From contig NIVC01000530.1 of NCBI GenBank assembly GCA_002269645.1, positions 460,448 through 524,447 of the forward strand: 64,000 nt of DNA. Reading direction: 5' to 3'. A model generated the notes under the pieces. That model was not told where the DNA came from and ran no database searches. It saw only the letters and a program-made list of their open reading frames with translations. The position numbers and the translations under genes are program-made. Positions within the stretch are counted from its first letter, which is position 1. Every line of letters begins with the position of its first letter. This stretch comes from Macrostomum lignano. Its lineage: Eukaryota. Of the stretch, positions 49,701-63,560 are shown piece after piece.

Positions 49701-52700
49701 CATCATTCTTAAACAAGCGGGTCATCATTCTTAAACAAGCGGGTCATCATTCTTTAACAAGCAGGTCATCATTCTCAAGCAAGCGGGTCATCATTCTTTA
49801 ACAAGCAGGTCATGTTCTCAAACAAGCGGGTCATCATTCTTAAACAAGCGGTCATCGTTCTCAAACAAGCAGGTCATCATTCTCAAACAAGCAGGTCATC
49901 ATTCTCAAACAAGCAGGTCATCATTCTCAAACAAGCAGGTCATCATTCTCAAACAAGCAGGCCATCATTCTCAAACAAGCAGGCCATCATTCTTAAACAA
50001 GCGGTCATCATTCTTTAAAAGCAGGTCATCATTCTCAACAAGCGGGTCATCATTCTTAACAAGCAGGTCATCATTCTCAAACAAGCGGGTCATCATTCTT
50101 AAACAAGCAGGTCATCATTCTCAAACAAGCAGGTCATCATTCTCAAACAAGCAGGTCATCATTCTAACAAGCAGGTCATCATTCTCAAACAAGCAGGTCA
50201 TCGTTCTCAAACAAGCGGTCATCATTCTCAAACAAGCGGGTCATCATTCTTTAAACAAGCAGGTCATCATTCTCAAACAAGCAGCAGGTCATCATTCTCA
50301 AACAAGCAGGTCATCATTCTAGAACAAGCAGGTCATCATTCTCAAACAAGCAGGCCATCATTCTTAAACAAGCAGGCCATCATTCTCAAACAAGCAGCAG
50401 GTCATCATTCTCAAACAAGCAGGTCATCATTCTCAAACAAGCAGGTCATCATTCTAAACAAGCAGGTCATCATTCTCAAACAAGCAGGCCATCATTCTTA
50501 AACAAGCGGGTCATCATTCTCAAAAAAGCAGGTCATCATTCTCAAACAAGCAGGCCATCATTCTCAAACAAGCAGGCCATCATTCTCAAACAAGCGGGTC
50601 ATCATTCTCAAACAAGCGGGTCATCATTCTTTAAGAAGCAGGTCATCATTCTCAAACAAGCAGGTCATCATTCTCAAGCAAGCAGGCCATCATTCTCAAA
50701 CAAGCAGGCAATCATTCTTAAACAAGCGGGTCATCATTCTCAAACAAGCAGGTCATCATTCTCAAACAAGCGGGTCATCATTTTTAAACAAGCGGGTTAT
50801 CATTCTTAAACAAGCGGGTCATCATTCTTTAACAAGCAGGTCATCGTTCTTAAACAAGCGGGTCATCATTCTTAAACAAGCGGGCATCATTCTTAAACAA
50901 GCAGGTCATCATTCTTAAACAAGCGGGTCATCATTCTTAAACAAGCGGGTCATCATTATTTAACAAGCAGGTCATCGTTCTTAAACAAGCGGGTCATCAT
51001 TCTTAAACAAGCGGGTCATCATTCTTTAACAAGCAGGTCATCATTCTCAAGCAAGCGGGTCATCATTCTTTAACAAGCAGGTCATTGTTCTCAAACAAGC
51101 GGGTCATCATTCTCAAACAAGCGGGTCATCATTCTCAAACAAGCAGGTCATCATTCTCAAACAAGCAGGTCATCATTCTCAAACAAGCAGGCCATCATTC
51201 TCAAGCAAGCGGGTCATCATTCTTAAACAAGCGGGTCATCATTCTTTAACAAGCAGGTCATCGTTCTTAAACAAGCGGGTCATCATTCTTAAACAAGCGG
51301 GTCATCATTCTCAAACAAGCAGGCCATCATTCTTAAACAAGCAGCAGGTCATCATTCTCAAACAAGCAGGTCATCATTCTCAAACAAGCAGGTCATCATT
51401 CTCAAACAAGCAGGTCATCATTCTCAAACAAGCAGCGGGTCATCATTCTCAAACAAGCAGGTCATCATTCTCAAACAAGCAGGTCATCATTCTCAAACAA
51501 GCAGGTCATCATTCTCAAACAAGCAGGGTCATCATTCTCAAACAAGCAGGCCATCATTCTTAAACAAGCAGGTCATCATTCTCAAACAAGCAGGCCATCA
51601 TTCTTAAACAAGCAGGCCATCATTCTCAAACAAGCAGCAGGTCATCATTCTCAAACAAACAGGTCATCATTCTCAAACAAGCAGGTCATCATTCTCAAAC
51701 AAGCAGGTCATCATTCTCAAACAAGCAGGCCATCATTCTTAAACAAGCGGGTCATCATTCTCAAAAAAGCAGGTCATCATTCTCAAACAAGCAGGCCATC
51801 ATTCTCAAACAAGCAGGCCATCATTCTCAAACAAGCGGGTCATCATTCTCAAACAAGCGGGTCATCATTCTTTAAGAAGCAGGTCATCATTCTCAAACAA
51901 GCAGGTCATCATTCTCAAGCAAGCAGGCCATCATTCTCAAACAAGCAGGCCATCATTCTTAAACAAGCGGGTCATCATTCTCAAACAAGCGGGTCATCAT
52001 TCTTTAAGAAGCAGGTCATCATTCTCAAGCAAGCGGGTCATCATTCTTTAACAAGCAGGTCATCGTTCTCAAACAAGCAGGTCATCATTCTCAAACAAGC
52101 GGGTCATCATTCTCAAACAAGCGGGTCATCATTCTTAAACAAGCGGGTCATCATTCTCAAACGAACACGTCATCATTCTTAAACAAGCGGGTCATCATTC
52201 TTAAACAAGCGGGCATCATTCTTAAACAAGCGGGTCATCATTCTTAAACAAGCGGGTCATCATTCTTAAACAAGCGGGTCATCATTATTTAACAAGCAGG
52301 TCATCGTTCTTAAACAAGCGGGTCATCATTCTTAAACAAGCGGGTCATCATTCTTTAACAAGCAGGTCATCATTCTCAAGCAAGCGGGTCATCATTCTTT
52401 AACAAGCAGGTCATTGTTCTCAAACAAGCGGGTCATCATTCTTAAACAAGCGGGTCATCATTCTCAAACAAGCAGGTCATCATTCTCAAACAAGCAGGTC
52501 ATCATTCTCAAACAAGCAGGTCATCATTCTCAAACAAGCAGGTCATCATTCTAAACAAGCAGGCCATCGTTCTCAAACAAGCAGGCCATCGTTCTTAAAC
52601 AAGCGGGTCATCATTCTTTAAGAAGCAGGTCATCATTCTCAAGCAAGCGGGTCATCATTCTTTAACAAGCAGGTCATCATTCTCAAACAAGCAGGTCATC

Positions 52701-55700
52701 GTTCTCAAACAAGCGGGTCATCATTCTCAAACAAGCGGGTCATCATTCTTTAACAAGCAGGTCATCATTCTCAAACAAGCAGCAGGTCATCATTCTCAAA
52801 CAAGCGGGTCATCATTCTTAAACAAGCGGGTCATCATTCTTAAACAAGCGGGTCATCATTCTTAAACAAGCGGGTCATCATTATTTAACAAGCAGGTCAT
52901 CGTTCTTAAACAAGCGGGTCATCATTCTTAAACAAGCGGGTCATCATTCTTTAACAAGCAGGTCATCATTCTCAAGCAAGCGGGTCATCATTCTTTAACA
53001 AGCAGGTCATTTCTCAAACAAGCGGGTCATCATTCTTAAACAAGCGGGTCATCATTCTCAAACAAGCAGGTCATCATTCTCAAACAAGCAGGTCATCATT
53101 CTCAAACAAGCAGGTCATCATTCTCAAACAAGCAGGTCATCATTCTAAACAAGCAGGCCATCGTTCTCAAACAAGCAGGCATCATTCTTAAACAAGCGGG
53201 TCATCATTCTTTAAGAAGCAGGTCATCATTCTCAAGCAAGCGGGTCATCATTCTTTAACAAGCAGGTCATCATTCTCAAACAAGCAGGTCATCGTTCTTA
53301 AACAAGCGGGTCATCGTTCTCAAACAAGCGGGTCATCGTTCTTAAACAAGCAGGTCATCATTCTCAAACAAGCAGGTCATCGTTCTCAAACAAGCGGGTC
53401 ATCATTCTCAAACAAGCGGGTCATCATTCTTTAACAAGCAGGTCATCATTCTTTAACAAGCAGGTCATCATTCTCAAGCAAGCAGCAGGTCATCATTCTC
53501 AAACAAGCAGGTCATCATTCTTAAACAAGCGGGTCATCATTCTCAAACAAGCAGCAGGTCATCATTCTTAAACAAGCGGGTCATCATTCTCAAACAAGCA
53601 GGTCATCATTCTTTAACAAGCAGGCATCATTCTCAAACAAGCAGCAGGTCATCATTCTCAAACAAGCAGGTCATCATTCTTAAACAAGCGGGTCATCATT
53701 CTCAAACAAGCAGGTCATCATTCTCAAACAAGCAGGCCATCATTCTTAAACAAGCGGGTCATCATTCTCAAACAAGCAGGTCATCATTCTCAAACAAGCG
53801 GGTCATCATTCTCAAACAAGCAGGTCATCATTCTCAAACAAGCAGGCATCATTCTTAAACAAGCGGGTCATCATTCTCAAACAAGCAGGTCATCATTCTC
53901 AAACAAGCAGGTCATCATTCTCAAACAAGCAGCAGGTCATCATTCTCAAACAAGCGGGTCATCATTCTTAAACAAGCGGGTCATCATTCTCAAACAAGCA
54001 GGCCATCATTCTTAAACAAGCGGGTCATCATTCTCAAACAAGCAGGTCATCATTCTCAAACAAGCAGGCCATCATTCTTAAACAAGCAGGTCATCATTCT
54101 CAAACGAACACGTCATCATTCTTAAACAAGCAGGTCATCATTCTTAAACAAGCGGGTCATCATTCTTAAACAAGCGGGTCATCATTCTTAAACAAGCGGG
54201 TCATCATTCTTAAACAAGCGGGTCATCATTCTTTAACAAGCAGGTCATCATTCTTAAACAAGCGGTCATCATTCTCAAACAAGCAGGCCATCATTCTTAA
54301 ACAAGCGGGTCATCATTCTCAAACAAGCGGGTCATCATTCTCAAACAAGCAGCGGGTCATCATTCTCAAACAAGCAGGCCATCATTCTTAAACAAGCAGG
54401 TCATCATTCTCAAACAAGCAGGCCATCATTCTTAAACAAGCAGGCCATCATTCTCAAACAAGCAGCAGGTCATCATTCTCAAACAAGCAGGTCATCATTC
54501 TCAAACAAGCAGGTCGTCATTCTCAAACAAGCAGGTCATCATTCTCAAACAAGCAGGCCACCATTCTTAAACAAGCGGGTCATCATTCTCAAACAAGCAG
54601 CAGGTCATCATTCTCAAACAAGCAGGCCACCATTCTTAAACAAGCGGGTCATCATTCTCAAGCAAGCAGGCCATCATTCTCAAAAAAGCAGGTCATCATT
54701 CTCAAACAAGCAGGCCATCATTCTCAAACAAGCAGGCCATCATTCTCAAACAAGCGGGTCATCATTCTCAAACAAGCGGGTCATCATTCTTTAAGAAGCA
54801 GGTCATCATTCTCAAACAAGCAGGTCATCATTCTCAAGCAAGCAGGCCATCATTCTCAAACAAGCAGGCCATCATTCTTAAACAAGCGGGTCATCATTCT
54901 CAAACAAGCGGGTCATCATTCTTTAAGAAGCAGGTCATCATTCTCAAGCAAGCGGGTCATCATTCTTTAACAAGCAGGTCATCGTTCTCAAACAAGCAGG
55001 TCATCATTCTCAAACAAGCGGGTCATCATTCTCAAGCAAGCGGGTCATCATTCTTAAACAAGCGGGTCATCATTCTCAAACGAACACGTCATCATTCTTA
55101 AACAAGCGGGTCATCATTCTTAAACAAGCGGTCATCATTCTTAAACAAGCGGGTCATCATTCTTAAACAAGCGGGTCATCATTCTTTAACAAGCGGGTCA
55201 TCATTCTCAAACAAGCAGGTCATCATTCTCAAGCAAGCGGGTCATCATTCTTTAACAAGCAGGTCATTGTTCTCAAACAAGCGGGTCATCATTCTTAAAC
55301 AAGCGGGTCATCGTTCTCAAACAAGCAGGTCATCATTCTCAAACAAGCAGGTCATCATTCTCAAACAAGCAGGTCATCGTTCTCAAACAAGCAGGTCATC
55401 GTTCTCAAACAAGCAGGCCATCGTTCTCAAACAAGCAGGCCATCGTTCTTAAACAAGCGAGTCATCATTCTTTAAGAAGCAGGTCATCATTCTCAAGCAA
55501 GCGGGTCATCATTCTTTAACAAGCAGGTCATCGTTCTTAAACAAGCGGGTCATCATTCTTAAACAAGCAGGTCATCGTTCTCAAACAAGCGGGTCACCAT
55601 TCTCAAACAAGCGGGTCATCATTCTTTAACAAGCAGGTCATCATTCTCAAACAAGCAGGTCATCGTTCTCAAACAAGCGGGTCATCATTCTCAAACAAGC

Positions 55701-57753
55701 GGGTCATCATTCTTTAACAAGCAGGTCATCATTCTCAAACAAGCAGCAGGTCATCATTCTCAAACAAGCAGGTCATCATTCTCAAACAAGCAGGTCATCA
55801 TTCTCAAACAAGCAGGCCATCATTCTTAAACAAGCAGGCCATCATTCTCAAACAAGCAGCAGGTCATCATTCTCAAACAAGCAGGTCATCATTCTCAAAC
55901 AAGCAGGTCATCATTCTTAAACAAGCAGGTCATCATTCTCAAACAAGCAGGCCATCATTCTTAAACAAGCGGTCATCATTCTCAAAAAAGCAGGTCATCA
56001 TTCTCAAACAAGCAGGCCATCATTCTCAAACAAGCAGGCCATCATTCTCAAACAAGCGGGTCATCATTCTCAAACAAGCGGGTCATCATTCTTTAAGAAG
56101 CAGGTCATCATTCTCAAACAAGCAGGTCATCATTCTCAAGCAAGCAGGCCATCATTCTCAAACAAGCAGGCCATCATTCTTAAACAAGCGGGTCATCATT
56201 CTCAAACAAGCAGGTCATCATTCTCAAACAAGCGGGTCATCATTTTTAAACAAGCGGGTCATCATTCTTAAACAAGCGGGTCATCATTCTTTAACAAGCA
56301 GGTCATCGTTCTTAAACAAGCGGGTCATCATTCTTAAACAAGCGGGTCATCATTCTTTAACAAGCAGGTCATCATTCTCAAGCAAGCGGGTCATCATTCT
56401 TAAACAAGCGGGTCATCATTCTCAAACAAGCAGGCCATCATTCTCAAGCAAGCGGGTCATCATTCTTAAACAAGCGGGTCATCATTCTTTAAGAAGCAGG
56501 TCATCATTCTCAAGCAAGCGGGTCATCATTCTTTAACAAGCAGGTCATCGTTTCAAACAAGCGGGTCATCATTCTCAAACAAGCAGGTCATCATTCTCAA
56601 ACAAGCGGGTCATCATTCTCAAGCAAGCGGGTCATCATTCCTAAACAAGCGGGTCATCATTCTCAAACGAACACGTCATCATTCTTAAACAAGCGTTCAT
56701 CATTCTTAAACAAGCGGGTCATCATTCTTAAACAAGCAGGCCATCATTCTTAAATAAGCGGGTCATCATTATTTAACAAGCAGGTCATCGTTCTTAAACA
56801 AGCGGGTCATCATTCTTTAACAAGCAGGTCATCATTCTCAAGCAAGCGGGTCATCATTCTTTAACAAGCAGGTCATTGTTCTTAAACAAGCGGGTCATCA
56901 TTCTTAAACAAGCGGGTCATCATTCTTTAACAAGCAGGTCATTGTTCTCAAACAAGCGGGTCATCATTCTTAAACAAGCGGGTCATCGTTCTCAAACAAG
57001 CAGGTCATCATTCTCAAACAAGCAGGTCATCGTTCTCAAACAAGCAGGCCATCGTTCTCAAACAAGCAGGTCATCATTCTTAAACAAGCGGGTCATCATT
57101 CTTTAAGAAGCAGGTCATCATTCTCAAGCAAGCGGGTCATCATTCCTTAACAAGCAGGTAATCGTTCTTAAACAAGCGGGTCATCATTCTTAAACAAGCA
57201 GGTCATCGTTCTCAAACAAGCGGGTCACCATTCTCAAACAAACAGGTCATCATTCTTAAACAAGCAGGTCATCGTTCTCAAACAAGCGGGTCATCATTCT
57301 CAAACAAACAGGTCATCATTCTCAAACAAGCAGGTCATCGTTCTCAAACAAGCGGGTCATCATTCTCAAACAAGCAGGTCATCGTTCTCAAACAAGCGGG
57401 TCATCATTCTCAAACAAGCAGGTCATCGTTCTCAAACAAGCGGGTCATCATTCTCAAACAAACAGGTCATCATTCTCAAACAAGCAGGTCATCGTTCTCA
57501 AACAAGCGGGTCATCATTCTCAAACAAACAGGTCATCATTCTCAAACAAGCAGGTCATCGTTCTCAAACAAGCAGGTCATCGTTCTCAAACAAGCAGGTC
57601 ATCGTTCTCAAACAAGCAGGTCATCGTTCTCAAACAAGCAGGTCATCGTTCTCAAACAAGCAGGTCATCGTTCTCAAACAAGCAGGTCATCGTTCTCAAA
57701 CAAGCAGGTCATCGTTCTCAAACAAGCAGGTCATCGTTCTCAAACAAGCAGGT
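34738..57753. repeat. 22-bp satellite (CAGGTCATCATTCTCAAACAAG), ~23 kb, roughly 1,050 units
   Basis: Continuous array with CAGG/CGGG/CAGGCC, CTCAAA/CTTAAA/CTTTAA and CAGCAG variants. Confidence 0.99.
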
Positions 57754-58573
57754 TACCGGGCTGTCATTCTCAAAGTTTCGTAGTGTAACGTATAATAACG
57801 TATAACGTAGTGTATATATTAAGACAAACTAAAAAATCGGTTTACTAAAACAACGAAGGCTAAGCAGTTTTTTTCGGATCTATTTGATTGATTATGGAAA
57901 ATTCCTACGCGAAATTGTTGGTGCACTGCTAAAAGCTAGATCGCACGGCAACTACCTTGTGTCTACTCTTCAATGTAGCGATTAAATCAAAAAGGATAAC
58001 TATCAATGGGATAGTTACTTCAAAAAAGCTATTATAACAGGCGTGGGGTACTTTGTTCGATAAACAATGATAGAACGGCAATGAGATTACTAATACGTGT
58101 GAATATAAGAGTTAATAGAAAGTAACTAATTCCAAGCTAGTTAACAAGACGTTAGTCGAAAAAGCTGCATTGCTTTGCTGGAATTGGCTAAGTCTAAAGA
58201 CTAAAACTAAATTAAAAAAGAGCATCTAGCTAATATGTAGCATCTACCCATCATAAAAATGTCAAAATATGGCATGCCATCATACCAACAAAAATCTACA
58301 GTATGCTTCACGAACGGCAAGATTTTGCAATAACAGATGGAAATGAAAACTATCTAATTTAACGCTCACCGAGGAGCCTTCGTAGATGAGCCAAATATTT
58401 TTTTTTGTAAAAAACTTGCTACTGAAAAAAATTGTTGTCTTGAAGGCTACATGACGATGGAAAACTGGATCGGTCGAGTTATAACTGTGCAAAATCTAAA
58501 TGAACAGCTAACACACTACAAATCTAGTAGAGTCAAAACCGTCTGTCGGTCCCAATCTACTTAGAATAGTCAT

Positions 58574-61500
58574 TCACTCGAGGTCCATCACCAGGTCGTT
58601 GCCTTCCACCTTGTCCTTGACCGTCACGTACACAGATTTCACTTTGCCGGTTATAGGAGCCGAAACGACCAGCTCCATTTTCATAGCGGACACCACTATC
58701 AGAGCCTGGCCTTTCTCAACAGCGTCGCCCTGTTTAACCTTGATAGCGAGAATCTCGCCAGGCATCGGCGAACCGACGGAGCCCTTGTTGTTCTGGTCGG
58801 CCTTCGGCGAATGATGATGTCCTTAGAGGCCTCGCGGTCGGTCACGTAAACGACCCGCTGCTGACCGTTGACCTCGAAGAAGCACTCTCGCTGGCCACGC
58901 TTGTCCACGCCAGCCACGGCCAGTGGCTTGACATACATCGTCTTGCCTTGATGCAGCTGGATCTCCAGCTCCTCAGCCGTCTTGGGGCCCTGGAAGAACA
59001 CTCGCGTATCTAGCAACCATACCGGACCGTATAGACGACGGTTAATCATAAACTGCTCGTGCATGCGGGGATACAGTGCAGAGCTAATCAAATCCTTCTC
59101 CGTGATGTGAAGATCGCTGAACTTCTCATTTAAACGCTCACGAAGCGCATCGAAGTCGAATGGTGGCATCTTGGCGCCCGGTCGGTCAGTGTAGGTCGGC
59201 GGGCGACCCTTAAGAACAGCGGCCGCCAGCTTGGGAGGGAAGCCGCCGTACGGCTGTCCGACGTGACCGTCAAAAAACTCGATAACAGACGTTGGAAAAG
59301 AGAGGTCAGAAGCCCTCTCAAGAACATCATTATAAGACAGGCCGTTCTGCACCATAAACTGGGCCAGGTCTCCCACAATCTTCGAGCTCGGAGTCACCTT
59401 GATAATGTCACCAAGCAGTTGGTTGGCCTCGGAAAATCTTTTCTTGACCAGTTCAAACTGATCAGCGAGTCCAAGGCTCATGGACTGAAACTGCAGGTTG
59501 GTATACTGTCCACCCGGGATCTGGTTCTCGTAGACGTCAGCATTTCCGCTACGCATAGTGCTCGTGCACTCAAAGTTGGCGTAAAGACGTCGGGTCAACT
59601 CCCAGTAGGAGCTGTACTGCGTCACGTCCGGCATTCGGAGACCCCCACCGTTGCCGCCCAGACAGGCCACCAGGGCACCCATCGACGGCTGCGAAGTTAT
59701 TCCGCTCATTGAGTCGACGGCGGCGTCAATTATGTCGGCGCCAGCTTCGGCACAGGCGAGTAGCGTGGCCACTCCGGCTCCAGCTGTGTCGTGTGTGTGC
59801 ACGTGCAGCGGGTAGTCCGGGAACTTTGTCTTCAGAGCGCGCACTAACAGGCGCGCTCCATCTGGCTTCAGCAAGCCAGCCATGTCTTTGATGGCTAAGA
59901 TATGCGTCCCGGCGCGCACAAGCTGCTCCGCAGTGTCCAAATAGTACTGCAGGTGTACTTTTCAGAACGGGTGACGTCTCCCGTGTAGCACAACGCGGCT
60001 TCGACCACGCCGCCGGCTTTTCGCACAGCGTCCATACCAACAACCATGTTTGGTATGTAGTTAAGACAATCAAAAACGCGAAATATGTCCATGCCGGACT
60101 TAACAGCCTCCTCGCAGAACTTGTACACCACGTTGTCCGGGTAGTTGGTGTAGCCAACAGCGTTCGCGCCGCGTAGCAGCATCTGAAACGGGATATTAGG
60201 GATCCTCTTCCGCAGCTCCTCAAGACGATCCCACGGGCACTCGTGCAGAAAGCGCATGGCCACATCAAAGGTGGCGCCGCCCCAGCACTCGAGTGAAAGT
60301 AGATTCTCCATGCGTCTGGCTACAAAGGGAGCAATCTTGATGAGGTCGTGAGTTCGAACTCGAGTAGCCAGTAGCGACTGGTGGGCGTCGCGCATCGTGG
60401 TGTCCGTGAGGAGAACAGTCGGATGACGCAGGATGGCCTTGGCAAAGGCCTCAGGTCCCTCTTTAAGCAGAATCTGCCGCCAACCGGGGGGCAGCTGGAG
60501 GCTGAAGTAGTTGGAAACATACGAGTCTTTTTTATCGGGATATCATAAAATTCTGTTCAATTAAAACAACTTACGTATAAAAATCCATATACTAAAATCC
60601 CCATACTAAGCTGGCGACTAAGTACTGAAAATTTTATTTGGCAGAAGGGCAAAAAGCCAAAAAGATGAGTACAAGTGACCAAAAACTGCACCCCTGTGCT
60701 TCCCGACATTTAGGCTCGTATCTTTGCATTTTGAATTCAGAAGTAAGGGAAATAGAAAAATACATTACTTACAATAGTCAATATCCGGCACCGGTGGATT
60801 CACTTCGGGAATGCGGATATCCTTGTTACTTATCGGAGTTGTTGGTCCATTCACCAGCGTCTCGGCTGTGGATGAAATTTAGTAGTAGCACGTTTTATGT
60901 GGTGATACCCACTGCCTATAGACACATTCTACATGACTCATTAATTCCCCGCACTCACCAATAAAGAACAGCAGGCGCTGGGCCTTGTTTTTAGATGTCT
61001 TCTGCTTTACCAGCTGCGGATTGCGGTCCAGAAAGCCGGTGCTGACTGGGCCAGAAAGGAACTCCGAGCAGTTCAGCAGGTTTCGCAAAAACGGTATGTT
61101 GGTCTTGACGCCGCGTATGCGAAACTCTCCAAGGCAGCGGTACGTTTTCACCACGCAGTCGTGGAAGTTGCTTGCCTTGACGATCACCTTGCAGAGCAGG
61201 CTGTCGTAGTAGGGCGAGATGATTGCGCCAGCGTAGGCGCTGGCCGAGTCCAGCCGGATGCCGATGCCCAGGCCGGGGCGGAAGTCTTCCAGGCGGCCAG
61301 AGTCAGGCTGGAAGCCCCGGTGCGGATCCTCGGTGGTGATGCGGCACTGCATAGCGAAGCCGTTGACTTTGACTGATTCCTGACTGATGTCCTGCTGAGC
61401 CAGCGTGTAGCCCTCGCTATGCGGATCTAGAAAGGACAGGGGGTTGGAGTGAAATAAAAAGCAATGGTTAGTGCTAGAGGGAATCGGCTTGCCAATGTAA

Positions 61501-62917
61501 GCTGACACGGTTTGGACTGCTTATTACAACAAACGCGATGTGTAGATATTATCAAGCGACCAGAAAGAAACTGAACCAAGAAGAAAATGGTAATATATCA
61601 GCTTTAGGTTTAAATTCAGATGCTCTGCGACTGTGTTAATCTCACCTGCTTGCGCACAATATCGACTCCAGTGACCTCCTCAGTGACAGTGTGCTCGACC
61701 TGGATTCGCGGGTTAACCTCCATGAAGAAGTGCTGTCCAGTGTGCTGCTCATAGAGGAACTCCACAGTGCCGGCATTCTGATAGCCTACGTGGCGCATGA
61801 GCTTCACAGCGTCGCCTGCAATGGCCGCTGCCACCGCAGGGTCCAAGTACGGAGCAGGGGCGATTTCCACTACCTTCTGGTGGCGACGTTGAACCGAACA
61901 GTCGCGCTCGTGCAGGTGAACAACGTTTCCCTTGCTGTCAGCTAGGATTTGTATCTGTAGAGAAGATTTAGAATGTCACTTGTCAAACCAGCAAATCACA
62001 TGTCAGTAAAACGGCTAAACCCTAAAGAGTTCATAATGCGTTGAAGGAGAGCCAATCAACCCTCCGTCTGTAGTATAAAACTTCATACAGCTAATATGGC
62101 ATATGCTCACCTCAATGTGCCTTGCATTCTCCACGTAGCGCTCCACAAACATGGACCCGTTTCCGAACGCCGCCTTCGCCTCAGAAGTGGCCCGCTCGAA
62201 CGATTCAACGAGATCCTCGGCGCGGCGTACAATTCGCATGCCGCGGCCGCCACCGCCGAAGGCCGCCTTAAGGATGACCGGGAAGCCATGCTCGGCGCAG
62301 AAATCGGTCACCTCCTTAGCGCTTTGGATTGGCCCGGGCGAGCCGGGCACCACGGGGACACCGGCGGCGACGGAAGCGGCACGGGCTTTCACCTGAGTTA
62401 GTTTTCAGTGAAGAGTGGCGGATCGAATCCTAATGCTTTTCATAAAAAACTAACTTGGAATAGCCAGTGTTAGTCGAACAAAAAAGCGCACAAACCTTGT
62501 CTCCAAGTAGAGCCACAGTCTCAGGCTTTGGCCCGATGAACACTATTCCAGCGTCGTTGCAGGCTTGCGCAAACTCCGCACTCTCCGACAGGAATCCGTA
62601 GCCTGGGTGCACGGCGTCCGCGCCAGTCTCCTTGGCCACCTGCACTATAGTCGGTATGTTTAGATAGGCTTGCACAGGCGGCAAGCCCTTGCCAATCAGG
62701 TAGCTCTCATCGGCCATGGTGCGGTGCATGTGCATCGTGTCCACCTCGCTGTAGACACCGATGGACCGGATGCCCAACTCGCTGCAGGCCCGGTAGATGC
62801 GCATGGCAATTTCGCCCCGGTTAGCCACCAGGATGCGTTGAAGATGCGTTTCTCATTGCTAGACTCCAGAAGCGAGTGGAAGGAGTGGTCAATCTGCTGG
62901 GACTCGTCGTCGGACAT
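58574..62917 (-). CDS. PC: Pyruvate carboxylase; exons approx. 62496-62917, 62111-62392, 61646-61954, 60959-61426, 60773-60865, 58574-60501; several 1-nt deletions
   Basis: BC domain: [47 protein letters not shown] domain: [27 protein letters not shown]. Biotinyl SAMKME. All junctions are GT-AG. Confidence 0.96.
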
Positions 62918-63448
62918 TTGGGCTTCCTGGCTTTGATTGGGTCGGTAAAATTTGGTAAGAAAGTAATAAAAATCATCCTGCCTATTTGATAATAATATTT
63001 GATTATTCGCATTTCACTTAAAATCACTAAAAACTTGATTGGGACAGGTAAAATATTTCATTACATCTCGGATTGAATACCAGTTCACTAGCCGGGCTAG
63101 CATTTACTGAATAGCTCGTAAGTCCGCAAACTGATTTTATAGTACTAAAATGTTCATATTTCTAGTATAAGTAGATGAATCAGATGTCTGCTGTTAAATT
63201 TGCGAAGGTGTCTGTTATTCTTTCCAATGCACAACCCTTTCTAGGACCTTTGCCTACACTTTCGGCCCACATTTGGTAAGCATTTGCTCACTCAATGTGT
63301 TTTTCGCGTTGGGCAAAGAAATATAGTAAGTTTGGACTAATAATTCAATTCCTATACTGAGTGCATTTTAATAACAAATGTAAGAAGCTAAGCTACCGTA
63401 AAAGCTACGTAAAAGCTACCGTATATTCATTTCAAGCACACAATGTAA

Positions 63449-63560
63449 TCTTTCTAAATATACTAAATCTCTAAGGTTTGTTTGTATGTTTGTGCCATAA
63501 CGCTCTAGAGACTGCAATTCTTCACCGATTTTGATCGCGTTTTCGCCAAAAGATTTGTGA
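63449..63560 (+). mobile_element. Possible 5' end of a non-autonomous Helitron-like repeat
   Basis: A|TC...TATACTAAAT...GTTTGTTTGTATGTTTGT...AACGC...CCGATTTTGAT resembles recalled invertebrate Helitron 5' ends; no 3' end identified. Confidence 0.25.

Noticed and set aside
34191-57106. ORFs across the N gap and within the satellite
   Set aside because: Artefacts of Ns and of a 22-bp unit read over three copies.
58574-62917. Calling PC, XPB or the Polinton genes pseudogenes
   Set aside because: The indel pattern fits consensus error and catalytic residues are intact; left open pending accurate reads.
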